Assembly (NCBI RefSeq): GCF_028641065.1
Contig: NW_026576340.1
Location: forward strand, 62,001-117,185
DNA: 55,185 bases
From: Leucoraja erinacea
Lineage: Eukaryota
Reading direction: 5' to 3'
Part shown: positions 1 through 11,894 of the stretch, piece by piece
Layout: every line of letters starts with the position of its first letter
Position numbering within the stretch: the first letter of the stretch is position 1
Notes under the pieces: generated by a model
Database searches by the model: none
Told to the model about the DNA's origin: nothing
The model's input: only the letters and a program-made list of their open reading frames with translations
Made by a program: the position numbers and the translations under genes

Positions 1-1344
1 CCTGACCACGGGTGCTGCCTGCATAGAGTTTGTACGTTCTCTCCATGACCGTGTGATTTTCTTCCAAGATCTTCGCTTTCCTCCAAAGACATGCAGGGCC
101 GGATTTACGAATAAGCTAGAGAAGCTTAAGCTATGGGCCTCGAGATCTAGGGGGGGCTACTCACATCGCTGCTCACATAGCACCGGACCCGTCGAACCTC
201 GCCACCTCACCGTCCATCCGCCCACCGTGACCTCCTACTCTTTGCCCGCTGCCCTGGCTACTCAACTGCCCTGCAGCAGCCCGCAGCCGTTGCCTTACAA
301 GCAGCCTGTACTCAGATGTTTCCACGCGCTGCAGACTCCCACTCCCCCGGGTTTGACTGCGCTGGGTCCTGGTGCTAGCCTACCCCACCCCCAACCCTTG
401 TAATCTCAGTGGCTGTTCCACTGGTTGTTCCCTGTTCCCATTAAACCATGTGGCCCCAGCCCTTCCCCACCCACACTACAGTCGTCATATCCCCCTACCT
501 CCTACCTCCTGAAGGTTAATTGGCTTGGTAAATCTGTAAATTATCCGTAGTGTGCGTAGGATAATGCTGGGCGGTGCAGACTTGGTATATAGGTAGATAG
601 CCTTTTATTGTCATTCAGACTTAGTCTGAACGAAATTGCAGCAGTCATACATATAATACAATACAATAAAACAACAATAAACACATATTAACATCCACCA
701 CAGTGAGTCCACCCAGCATCTCCTCACTGTGATGGAGGCAAAAGTCTTAGGTCGCAGTCTCTTCCCTCCTCTTCTCCCTCTGCGCTGGGGCGATACCGCA
801 CCCCCCCCCCCCCCCCCCGCGATGTTAAGAACAGTCCCGCGGCTCAAACACCGCGGCCCGGGGTGGTTGAAGCTGCCGCCCACCAGTCCTGCAGAAGCAG
901 CTGCCGGCCCGCGGCCGGACTCAGGCCACTGCTGCCAGAACACCGTCCCAGCCACCCTCACGTGAGTACTGTGCCGTCTTCAGCCTCGGGCTGGGCCGCC
1001 CCGACATGGGTGCCAAACCTCCCCTGGACCGGGCCGCCCCGACATGGGCGTCGCTTCTCCCCCTGGACCAGGCCACCCCGACTTGGGCGTCGCTTCTCCC
1101 CCCGGACCGGGCCGCCCCGACTTGGGCGTCGCTTCTCCCCCCGGTCCGGGCCGCCCCGACTTGGGCGCCAAACCTCCCTCGGGCTGCCAGCGCCGCACCT
1201 TCCCGAGCTCGGCCGCTCCGACGGGAGCCTCGTTCCACCCTCGGGCTGGCCGCCCTCACGGGAGTGAGCACAGAGCGAGTCCTTTGCGATACATTGCGGT
1301 GAGCCCAAGGGCCTGTTTCCGCAATGTATCTCAAAACTAAACTA
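1..1344 (+). mobile_element. tRNA-derived V-SINE (HE1-like), split into three pieces (1-97, ~513-585, ~1298-1344) by two younger insertions
   Basis: The pieces are collinear with the intact copy at 20478-20765 (GAGTTTGTACGTTCTC core, AGGTTAATTGGCTTGGT, tail AAGGGCCTGTTTCC...TATCTCAAAACTAAACTA). Confidence 0.7.
990..1170. repeat. GC-rich 39-bp tandem repeat, about 4.5 copies
   Basis: Unit GGACCGGGCCGCCCCGACWTGGGCGTCGCTTCTCCCCCY recurs with a 39-nt period and no unique spacers. Confidence 0.85.
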
Positions 1345-2418
1345 TATTCAAACAAAGGCCATTGGTTTAAGGACAGGGATAAGAGGTGAGAGGGGATGAG
1401 GTTCTTGAACCAACCTACACAACCCAGATATTATTTCAGTAATGGAACTCGACAGCCATCTCTTCGCTACCATGGGCTTGTAAATTTTTCTAATTATGAT
1501 TTTGAACTAATTTCTTGTTCTTTTTTTATTTCAGAAATATTATGTGTAATTAGTGTATAATCGGATTGTGTGTGTTGTCGATGTGTCTATGAGGAAGGTT
1601 TTGTTGTATCTCTGTCTCCCTCACCCACCCCTGTTTTTCCCGCCCCCGGCTATCCCCTACCACTAACCCCCCCCCCCCCACACCATTCCTCCCCTCTCCC
1701 ACCGCCCCACACCTGTCCCAGCCTGTCCCCTACCAGTACCCCCTCCCACCACCCCCACACTCTCATACCTCTCATTCTACTCCACCCCTCCACCCCTCTA
1801 ACTTTCCCCATAACTTTCTTCTCCCCCCCCCAACCCCCCCCCCCCCCCCCACTGCTAGCCCCCCCCCCCCCCCCCCCTACTGCCCGCCACCCCTCACCCC
1901 CCCTAGTCACTTTAGTTTTGGTTATCATCATCACGGGTACTCGTTTACAGTGAATAGCTTTCATGTGTGTGCTTTCCAATCAATGAGTTTCTCCAGCATA
2001 TTTGTGCACCTAATGAAAACGTTATACTGTACACGAATATAATCAATCGGTGCACAGATGCACAATAAACGATAATTTGACTTTGACTTTTGATAGAGAG
2101 AACTGCTAGTACCGAGTGCCCCTCTCACCCTTTGCCCACTCCCCTGCCCTGTTACCTATTCCCCTCCCTCTTTGATCTTCCTCCCTTCCTTTGCCCCCTC
2201 TCTCCCCTCACTCCATGTCCCCTCCCCCTTTGTCCCCTTAACCCTTATCCTCTCTCCCCTCACACTTCTTTTCTCTACCCCCTTTACCGTCATGCACATC
2301 CCAAGTATTCACTCTCCCCTACCCCTCTCTCCCTCCACCTCTCCACTCCCTTCACCCTCCCCTGCCCCGCTATTGAGGGAGTGCAGCGTTGGCTTATAAT
2401 GTTAATTCCCGGGATGGC

Positions 2419-2538
2419 GGTTTCACCTTCGCTGCGATGCTGCAGCGGGTCGCGGCTGCCAGCCGTGGAGCTAGCCAATGGGAGCAGAGATCGGCTGTGC
2501 GTCAACAGTTGCTGGGCAGAACGAAGTTGCGCAGGTTG
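2419..2538 (-). promoter_or_regulatory. Inverted MHC-type S-X1-X2-Y module with adjacent ISRE-like motif (distal copy 1)
   Basis: On the minus strand: S CAACCT (2538-2533), 16 nt, X1 CCCAGCAACTGTTG (2516-2503), X2 TGACGCA, then Y ATTGG (2479-2475) 23 nt from the X1 end. ISRE-like GGTTTCACCTTC at 2419-2430. The spacings equal those of the class I promoter. Confidence 0.7.
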
Positions 2539-3158
2539 AATTTCTGTCTCTCGGTAACCCCGTCGCCGCCGCTGCTGCTGCCGCTGCCGTGTAAATGCAG
2601 CGCGCAGCCCGTCTATTCAGGCCGCAGAAGATCGACACAAAATGTTGGAGTAACTCAGCGGGACAGGCAGCATCCCTGGAGAGAAGGAATGAGTACATTC
2701 CCCTCCCCTCATCCCTTGAACCCCTCTACCCCTCCCCGCTATACCGTCATCCGTGACCAATGTTTTCGCTCTGTGACTTCCACTCACTCATTCCCCTCCC
2801 CCCCCAATCTCCCCCTCTCCACCCCCAGCCCCCCCCTCTAACCCTCCCCACTTTACCTTCCCCTCTCTCCGTCCTTCCCTACCTTCGTCACAGGACTCCC
2901 CTCCACCCTTTCCCTCTGCTGCCGCCCCCCCTCTCCCTTCCCTCCTCTACACCCCTATCCCCTTTTCCTCTTCCCCCTCCATCCCCCCTACCCCTGTCCT
3001 CTCCCTCTCTTCCCTCCTCCTCTTCATTCCCATCCCTCTCTCCTCCCCTCCCCTTTATCTCTACCACCACCTCACCCTCTCTCCCCTTCCCCTCTGCTCC
3101 CTCCCCTCTCACTACCCCTCCGCGCTCTTCCCACCTCCTCTCTTTGCCCCTCTATCTA

Positions 3159-4018
3159 GGTATGTTACAAAACCTACCTGAATCGTCATTGGGAATCTGC
3201 CCTCAGCCATGGCCCGCGATTTTGGCGCTGTTTGGAGGGGGCGGGTTTAAAACGCGATTTTTACTAGGCTGTACTAATCGCACATGTTCAGCCTAGTAAA
3301 TCATTAACGAAAAATCGCTGCAAGACCCGGTCGCAAAAGGTATTATTAGTTTTATAGGCCTCGATAATATAGTTCTAATAGTTTTAAAATTACTGTTTCA
3401 TTCCGCAACCTCTCGCAGCCCCAGGGTTTTATAGAGCAAACAATTAAAGGTATGTACCTTATTTTTACATTAAATGGGGCATATATATAACCCTATATAT
3501 CAAGTTATCTATAGCGAGTAGTTCATTTTGGGCTTTTTATATCCCGCAGTATTTTTCTCGGCATTTGAGGGCACTAATCCAGCGCTATGTCAACGTTCTA
3601 AACCAGCGCGTTCCACATGAACCCACTAGAAAGCTGATTTAAATGGGCATTTATTTACAGCAATTGAACACTAAATTCCTTCCATTTGGCCTATAAATTA
3701 ATGTAAATTAGATATAAAAATCATTTTATATTGTGAATTATTTGTGAATAATCTTTGGACACTTAGGCTATTTAAAAATGTTAATCTTTCCTTAAGAAAT
3801 GGGCTTTTGATTATCCAAGATCACAGCTTTTTTGTAATGTCCATTGAAAATCAATAGGGAACAAGATGCTAATTTCCGAGTATGAAAATGGTCATAACTT
3901 TTTTAATACTTGAGATATGAAAGTGAATTTGGTGTCAAATTAAACTTATTGTTATGCTTTATCTGATGGGATAAATTGCAGACTTGATTTTTTAAATCTC
4001 AAAATTTTGTAACATTGC
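3159..4018. mobile_element. Non-autonomous DNA transposon (MITE) with 14-bp TIRs, flanked by TA
   Basis: TA|GGTATGTTACAAAA ... TTTTGTAACATTGC|TA. The AT-rich interior interrupts a polypyrimidine tract. Confidence 0.65.
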
Positions 4019-4293
4019 TACTCTATCCTCTACCTCCCCCCCTCTCCCCTGCCCCCTCCCCCTCCCTCTCTCCCCTCCCCCCTCCCCTCTCCCCTCCCCC
4101 CCTCCCTCTCGCCCCTCCCCTCTCGCCCNNNNNNNNNNNNNNNNNNNNNNNNNNNNNNNNNNNNNNNNNNNNNNNNNNNNNNNNNNNNNNNNNNNNNNNN
4201 NNNNNNNNNNNNNNNNNNNNNNNNNNNNNNNNNNNNNNNNNNNNNNNNNNNNNNNNNNNNNNNNNNNNNNNNNNNNNNNNNNNNNTTTCCACC

Positions 4294-4437
4294 GGTTTCA
4301 CCTTCGCTGTGAAGCTGCAGCTGGGACGGGGCTGCCAGCCGTGGCGCTGGCCAATGGAAGCAGAGCCAGGACGGGAGTCAGCAGTTGCTGGCAAAGAGGA
4401 TCTTTGGTTGCTGGGTAGATCGAGGCTGTATAGTTTG
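4294..4437 (-). promoter_or_regulatory. Inverted X-Y module with ISRE-like motif (distal copy 2, diverged duplicate of 2419-2538)
   Basis: Minus-strand X1 GCCAGCAACTGCTG (4392-4379), X2 TGACTC, and ATTGG (4355-4351) again 23 nt from X1. A 23-nt insert carries a second CCCAGCAACC, with CAAACT (4437-4432) 16 nt upstream of it. GGTTTCACCTTC at 4294-4305. Confidence 0.6.
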
Positions 4438-4541
4438 AGATTCTGCCTCTGGATAACCCCGCCGCCGCTGCTGCTGTAGCTGCCGCCTAAAGGCAGCGCG
4501 CAGTGGACTGAATGCAGATGACCGACACCATATTCTGGAGT

Positions 4542-4801
4542 CAGGGGCGGATTAAGGCTCACTGGTGCCCTAAGCACTGACCAATCTTGGTGCACCCCTC
4601 CTTTCCACACTGACCCAGTCCATTTTAGTTGTTGACCTGTCTGACCAGATATACAATGCAGGTTGCAGCGGTACAAACATTTTTTTTTTTACAAATCTTC
4701 ATTTGTTTTTTTTTTCACCCTTTTACCAACTTTGTGGTGCCCCCTTTGGCCCTGGTGCCCTAAGCACGTGCTTAGTCTGCTTAATGGTTAATCCTCCCCT
4801 G
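4542..4801. mobile_element. hAT-type MITE, 260 bp
   Basis: TIRs CAGGGGCGGATTAA / TTAATCCTCCCCTG with a perfect 8-bp TSD TCTGGAGT (4534-4541, 4802-4809). Confidence 0.85.
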
Positions 4802-4828
4802 TCTGGAGTAACTCAGCGGGACAGGCGG

Positions 4829-7319
4829 CAAAGGTAGTGATTGTGGGAGATTTCAATTTTCCACACATAGACTGGGAAACACATTCTGTAAATGGGCTGG
4901 ATGGTTTGGAGTTTGTAAAATGTATGCAGGATAGTTTTTTGCAACAATACATAGAAGTACCTACTAGAGATGGGGCGGTACTGGACCTCCTGTTAGGAAA
5001 TGAGATGGGTCAGGTGGCAGAGGTATGCGTTGGGGAACAGTTCGGGTCCAGTGATCACAATACCATTAGTTTCAATATAATTATGGAGAGAGACAAAACT
5101 GGACCTAGGGTTGAGATTTTTGATTGGAGAAAGGATAACTTTGAGGAGATGCGAAAGGATTTAAAAGGAGTAAAATGGGACAGTTTGTTATATGGGAAAG
5201 ATGTGGAAGAGAAATGGAGTACATTTAAAGGTGAAATTTTAAGAGTACAGAATCTTTATGTCCCTGTTCGGTTGAAAGGAAATCGTAAAAATTGTAAAGA
5301 GCCATGGTTTTCAAGGGAAATTGGACACTTGGTTCGGAAAAAAAAAGAGGGAGATCTACAATAATTATAGGCAGCATGGAGTAAATGAGGTGCTTGAGGA
5401 GTATAAAGAATGTAAAAAGAATCTTAAGAAAGAAATTAGAAAAGCTAAAAGAAGATATGAGGTTGCTTTGGCAAGTAAGGTAAAAGTAAATCCGAAGGGT
5501 TTCTACCGCTATATTAATAGCAAAAGGATAACGAGGGATAAAATTGGTCCATTAGAGAGTCAGAGTGGACAACTATCTGCAGAGCCAAAAGAGATGGGGG
5601 AGATATTGAACAGTTTCTTTTCTTCGGTATTCACCAAGGAGAAGGATATTGAATTATGTGAGGTAAGGGAAACAAGTAGAGTAGCTATGGAAACTATGAG
5701 GATCAAAGAAGAGGAAGTACTGACACTTTTGAGAAATATAAAAGTGGATAAGTCTCCAGGTCCGGACAGGATATTCCCTAGGACATTGAGGGAAGTTAGT
5801 GTAGAAATAGCAGGGACTATGGCAGAAATATTTCAAATGTCATTAGAAACGGGAATAGTGCCGGAGGATTGGCGTACTGCGCATGTTGTTCCATTGTTTA
5901 AAAAGGGGTCTAAGAGTAAACCTAGCAATTATAGACCTGTTAGTTTGACGTCAGTGGTGGGCAAATTAATGGAAAGAATACTTAGAGATAATATATATAA
6001 GCATCTGGATAAACAGGGTCTGATTAGGAACAGTCAACATGGATTTGTGCCTGGAAGGTCTTGTTTAACTAATCTTCTTGAATTTTTTGAAGATGTTACA
6101 CGGGAAATTGATGAGGGTAACGCAGTGGATGTTGTGTATATGGACTTCAGTAAGGCCTTTGACAAGGTTCCTCATGGAAGGTTGGTTAAGAAGGTTCAAT
6201 GGTTGGGTATTAATGGTGGAGTAGCAAGATGGATTCAACAGTGGCTGAATGGGAGATGCCAGAGAGTAATGGTGGATGGTTGTTTGTCAGGTTGGAGGCC
6301 AGTGACGAGTGAGGTGCCACAGGGATCTGTGTTGGGTCCACTGTTGTTTGTCATGTACATCAATGATCTGGATGATGGTGTGGTAAATTGGATTAGTAAG
6401 TATGCAGATGATACTAAGATAGGTGGGGTTGCGGGTAATGAAGTAGAGTTTCAAAGTCTACAGAGAGATTTATGCCAGTTGGAAGAGTGGGCAGAAAGAT
6501 GGCAGATGGAGTTTAATGCTGATAAGTGTGAGGTGCTACATCTTGGCAGGACAAATCAAAATAGGACGTACATGGTAAATGGTAGGGAATTGAAGAATGT
6601 AGGTGAACAGAGGGATCTGGGAATAACTGTGCACAGTTCACTGAAAGTGGAATCTCATGTAGATAGGGTGGTAAAGAAAGCTTTTGGTATGCTGGCCTTT
6701 ATAAATGAGAGCATTGAGTAAAGAAGTTGGGATGTAATGTTAAAATTGTACAAGGCATTGGTGAGGCCAATTATGGAGTATGGTGTACAATTTTGGTCGC
6801 CTAATTATAGGAAGGATGTCAACAAAATAGAGCGAGTACAGAGGAGATTTATTATAATGTTGCCTGGGTTTCAGCAACTAAGTTACAGAGAAAGGTTGAA
6901 CAAGTGATGGCTTTATTCTTTGGAGCGCAGAAGGTTAAGGGGGGACTTGATAGAGGTTTTTAAAATGATGAGAGGGATAGACAGAGTTGACGTGGAAAAG
7001 CTTTTCCCACTGAGAGTAGGGAAGATTCAAACAAGGGGACATGACATGAGAATTAAGGGACTGAAGTTTAGGGGTAACATGAGGGGAAACTTCTTTACTC
7101 AGAGAGTGGTAGCTGTGTGGAATGAGCTTCCAGTGAAGGTGGTGGAGGCAGGTTAGTTTTTATCATTTAAAAATAAATTGGATAGTTATATGGATGGGAA
7201 GGGAATGGAGGGTTATGGTCTGAGCGCAGGTATATGGGACTAGGGGAGATTATGTGTTCGGCACGGACTAGAAGGGTCGAGATGGCCTGTTTCCGTGCTG
7301 TAATTGTTATGTGGTTATA
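4829..7319 (+). mobile_element. CR1-clade LINE, 5'-truncated (end of APE endonuclease plus RT), frameshifted
   Basis: ORFs 4837-5364 (IVGDFNFPHIDW) and 5321-6721 (KSPGPD, YRPVSLTS, QHGF, DFSKAFD, PQGSVLGP, YADD). Frameshift in the A-run at ~5340 and stops near 6720. GGTTATAT tail. Confidence 0.95.
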
Positions 7320-7419
7320 TCTCTGGAGAGAATGAATAGGCCAATTCCCATGAGATGCTGCCTGTCCATTGATGTTACTCCGGTATTTTTGTTTGTATTT
7401 TCCGTTTAAACCAGCATCT

Positions 7420-10400
7420 TAGACAGTAGACAATAGTTGCAGGAGCAGGTCATTCGGCCCTTCGAGCCAGCCCCACCATTCACTGTGATCATGGCTGATC
7501 ATCCACAATCAGTATCCCGTTCCTGCCTTCTCCCCATTTCCCCTGAGTCCATTATGTTTAAGAGCTATATCTATGTGCAATGAATGTGCAAGGTGGCGCC
7601 TGCCTGCGGCGACTTTTGCGGAGCTCCGGAAAATAAAAGGCTCAACTACAACTTCCAACAACTTACCTGGATCAGAAAAACGGCAGAAATCGGTGCCGTT
7701 TCGGACAAGCTGCTTGAGCTCCTCAAGGCTCTCGCAATTTCGTGATCTCCCGCAGCTGCGGGAGCCCTGGACTTTAAATTTCCCCACGCTGGCTGTGGAA
7801 CTCCCGACCCGACTGAGGATCCCAGGTACGGTACCTTGAAACCCCGGGATGACCCCCAGAGCCGACGGGCTGGATCTTCCAGGAACAACGGAGCTGGAGC
7901 TGCCGTCTGTGAGTGAATCCCCGTTCCAACGCAGGTCCATAGAAACAGCAGGTACAGCAAGCACAGTACCTGGAAACAAAGGGGAGGCCTCCATTGTGGC
8001 CGGAAACATGCCAGACAGGCAGGACTTCAGGTCAGAATGAAGTGCAGGGGACTTTTGCCCCATCTCCCTACTATCCTACTGGCTAATGTACAGTCCCTTG
8101 AAAACAAAGTGGAGGACTTAAGGGCAAGACTGCTTTATCAAAGGGAGCTGAGGGTATGCTCTGTGTTCTGTTTCATGACCTTGGTAAGGCCATCAAAAAG
8201 GCCAAAAGGGACTTCTGCTCCAAACTAGAGGATGAGACAGATGTTCGGCAGCTGTGGCAGGGTTTGAATGCAATCACCTCCTACAAGGCGAAACCAGGAG
8301 GCAGCTTGAATGTCGGTAAAACATCACTCCCTGACGAGCTCAATGCGTTTTACACACGCTTTGACAGGGAGAATACTGATGTGCCTTCCCGATTCCCCCA
8401 TTCGCTGCGATGTTATTTCAGTCTCAGTCACAGAGGCCGACGTCAGGAAATCCTTCAGAGGGATGAACCCCCAAAAAGCAGCTGGACCTGATGGTATACC
8501 CGGTCATGTTCTGAAAACCTGTGCGGACCAACTGGCGGGAGTTTTTACGGACATTTTCAACCTCTCACTTCTAGGTCTGAGGTCCCCACCTGTTTTAAAA
8601 GAGCATCAATTATACCGGTGCCCAAGAAGAGTAAGGTGACGTGCCTCAATGACTATCGACCAGTGGCACTAACGCCGGTGATGATGAAGTGCTTTGAGAG
8701 GCTGATCATGGAGCAAATCAACTCCTACCTCGACAAAAACCTGGACCCACTGCAGTTCACTTACCGCCACAACAGATCATCGTTGGATGCGATCCCGCTA
8801 GCCCTCCACTCCGCACTGGACCACTTGGATCTTCGACTTCCTCATTCGCAGACCTCAGTCTGTTTGTATTGGTGGAAATGTGTCAGCCTCGATAACAATC
8901 AGCACGGGAGCACCTCAAGACTGCGTGCTCAGCCCCCTGCTGTACTCACTCTATACTGATGACTGCCTAGCCGGTCATAGTGTGAAATCCATCATCTAGT
9001 TCGCTGACGATACCACTGTTGTGGACTTTGGGGATGAGTCAGAGTATAGAAGAGAGATCGAGCAACTGTCTATATGGTGCCAGCGCAATAACCTGGCCAT
9101 CAACACCAGCAAAACCAAGGAACTGATTGTGGACTTTGGAAGGAGTAGGAGGGGGACCCACAGCCCCATTTATAGCAACGGGTCGATGGTTGAAAGGGTC
9201 AAGAGCTTCAAATTCTTGGGCGTGCACATCTCTGAAGATCTTTCCTGGTCCAAGAACACTAATGCAATTATCAAGAATGCTCATCAGCGCCTCTACTTCC
9301 TGAGAAGATTATGGAGAGTCAGATTGTCAAGGAGGACTCTCTCTAACTTCTACAGGTGCACAGTAGAGAGCATGCTGACCGGTTGCATCGTGGCTTGGTT
9401 TGGCAATTTGAGCGCCCTGGAGAGGAAAAGACTACAACAAGTAGTAAACACTGCCCAGTCCATCATCGGCTCTGACCTTCCTTCCATCGAGGGGATTTAT
9501 CGCAGTCGCTGCCTCAAAAAGGCTGGCAGTATCATCAAAGACCCACACCATCCTGGCCACACACTCATCTCCCTGCTACCTTCAGGTAGAAGGTACAGGA
9601 GCCTGAAGACTGCAACAACCAGGTTCAGGAATAGCAACTTCCCCACGGCCATCAGGCTATTAAACCTGGCTCGGACAAAACTCTGATTATTAATTCTGTT
9701 AATTTGCACTTTATCAGTTTATTTATTCATGTGTGTAAATATTTATATTATGGTATATGGACACACTTGTCCGTTTGTAGTAAATGCCTACTATTTTCTG
9801 TGTGCTGAAGCAAAGCAAGAATTGCATCGTCCTATACAGGGACACATGACAATAAACTCACTTGAACTTGAACTTAACTCTCTTGAAAGCATCCAGATAA
9901 TTAGACTCCACTGCCTTTTGAGGCAGAGAATTCCACAGTTTCGCAACTCTCTGGCTGAAAAAGCTTTCCCTCATCTCCGCTCTATATGGCCAACCTCTTA
10001 TTCTTAAACTGTGGCCCATGGTTCTGGAATCCCCCAACATCGGGAACATGTTTCCTGCCAGCTGCGTGTCAAATCCCTAAATATTCTTATATGTTTCAAT
10101 GTCCCCTCTTATCCTTCTAAATTGCAGTGTATACTAGCCAGGTCCCTCCATTCTTTCAACACATGACAGTCCCGCCATCCCAAGAATAGATGTCATGAGC
10201 CAATGCTGCACTCGCTGAATAGCAGGAATGTCCTTCCTCAAAACAAGTGGACGAAAACTGCACACAATGCTCCTGGTGTGGTCTCATTCGGGCTCTGTAC
10301 AACTGCAGAAGGATCCCTTTTCTCCTATACTCAAATCCTCTTGTTATGGCCAATATGCCATTAGCTTTCTTCACTGCCTGCTGTACCTGCATACTTACTT

Positions 10401-11118
10401 TCATTGACATGAACATGGACCCCCAGATCCCATTGTACTTCCCCTTTTCCTAACTTGACACCATTCAGATAATAATCTGCCTTCATGTTCTTGCCACCAA
10501 AGTGGATAAGCTCATATTTATCCACTGCACCTGTCATGCATGTGGCCACTCGACCAACCTGCATCCTCATCTCATCCTCCTCACAGTTCACATTGCAACC
10601 CAGCTTTGTGTCATCTGCAAAATCGCTAATGTTACCTTTAATCCCTTCACCTAAATCATTGATATATATTGTAAATATCTGCGGTCCCAGCACCGAGCCT
10701 TGCGGTACCCCACTAGTCACTGCCTGGCATTCTGAAAGGGACACGTGAGTCTCTAATCTTTGTTTCCTGTCTGCCAACCAATTTTCTACCCTTGTCAGTA
10801 CCCTACCCCCAATATCAAGTGCTCTAATTGTGCCCACTATTCTCCTCTGTGGGACCCTATCAAAGGTTTTCTGAACGTCCACTAGCTCTCCCTTGTCCAT
10901 TTTCCTCGTTACATCCTCAAAAAATTCCAGACGTTTAGTCAAGCATGATTTCCCCTTCATAAATCCATGCTGACTCGGACCGATCCTGTTACTGCTATCC
11001 AAATGTGCCGCTATTTCATATGTTATAAGTGACTGCAACATCTTCCCCACCACCGATGCCAGGCTAACTGGTCTATAATTCCCTGTTTCCTCTCTCCCAC
11101 CTTTCTTAAACAGTGGGA
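7420..11118 (-). mobile_element. Decayed CR1 LINE (RT region and 3' end), interrupted by the Rex/Babar element at 7573-9875
   Basis: ORF 10361-11371 contains YRPVSLAS, QHGFMKGKSC, GVPQGSVLGP and FADD. The 3' end at 7420-7572 continues at ~9876. Confidence 0.85.
7573..9875 (+). mobile_element. Rex1/Babar-type LINE, internally deleted
   Basis: ILLANVQSLENKV (endonuclease start), KAAGPDGIPG, NDYRPVALT, FADD-region remnants and the C-terminal FKFLGVHIS...AHQRLYFLRRL block. (CTTGAA)n tail. Confidence 0.85.
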
Positions 11119-11459
11119 TAATCGAGGACCAGCCCGGAAAAACCGGCCGGCCCGCCACGTATCGAGGACCCACTGGAACCCAGCTGGAGGGCCGGTGAGC
11201 AGAACGGCTGTGGGAGGGAGTGCACGGCCTCGACGTGGGAGTGGGCCTCTGGAGGCCCTGCAGTTGCCTGGGGTTCGGCTGGACATGGCGCTGCTCCCAG
11301 AGGCCGAGCACGTGGACCAGACGCGGCAGAGCAGCGGTGGAGGACACCACGGCTACGCTTGCGCAGGACAACGGGCATTGACGGTCAGATCAAGATCCCT
11401 GCACTTACAACAACTGGGACTTGAACATGGCGCCAAACTGGCAACTATGCTGCAAAGGC

Positions 11460-11759
11460 ATATGTAAATGAATCCATTCTGATTGGACATCTGTGAGCAT
11501 TCGGCATTGTGACATCACACGATGGGACTTTCACCAACATTCTATGGGTGAGAGATGTTTTTTTAAACATTTTGAAAAATGTTTGAGGGGGGAGAAGGAT
11601 TTTATTTAAAATGTGTACATAAACACGACGGAATTTAATCAAGAGTAGATACTTGGAATGAAAAGTGAAATCTCTACCGAAATGGAAAAAATCGTGGCGT
11701 TTCTGCGTGTGGTGTTGGCGTAGCAACGAATCAAAGGCTGGCACCCACAAGACAGCCAG

Positions 11760-11836
<77 letters not shown>

Positions 11837-11883
11837 AACACTGCCATACACACACAGCCAGCCACAGAGTTTTAATATATAGA
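11460..11883 (-). mobile_element. Non-autonomous Helitron 5' portion containing a (CA)n microsatellite (11762-11830)
   Basis: The minus strand begins A|TCTATATATTAAAACT, the same terminus type as at 16574. No 3' hairpin was found. Confidence 0.55.
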
Positions 11884-11894
11884 TAGATAGATAT

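Noticed and set aside
990-1170. CRISPR-like 39-bp repeats
   Set aside because: Head-to-tail units without unique spacers, eukaryotic context, no cas genes.
2555-2610. TPSPPLLLPLP as a functional signal-peptide exon
   Set aside because: No ATG (GTA or ATA at that position), a stop in the second copy, and no good donor site. Kept only as a relic hypothesis.
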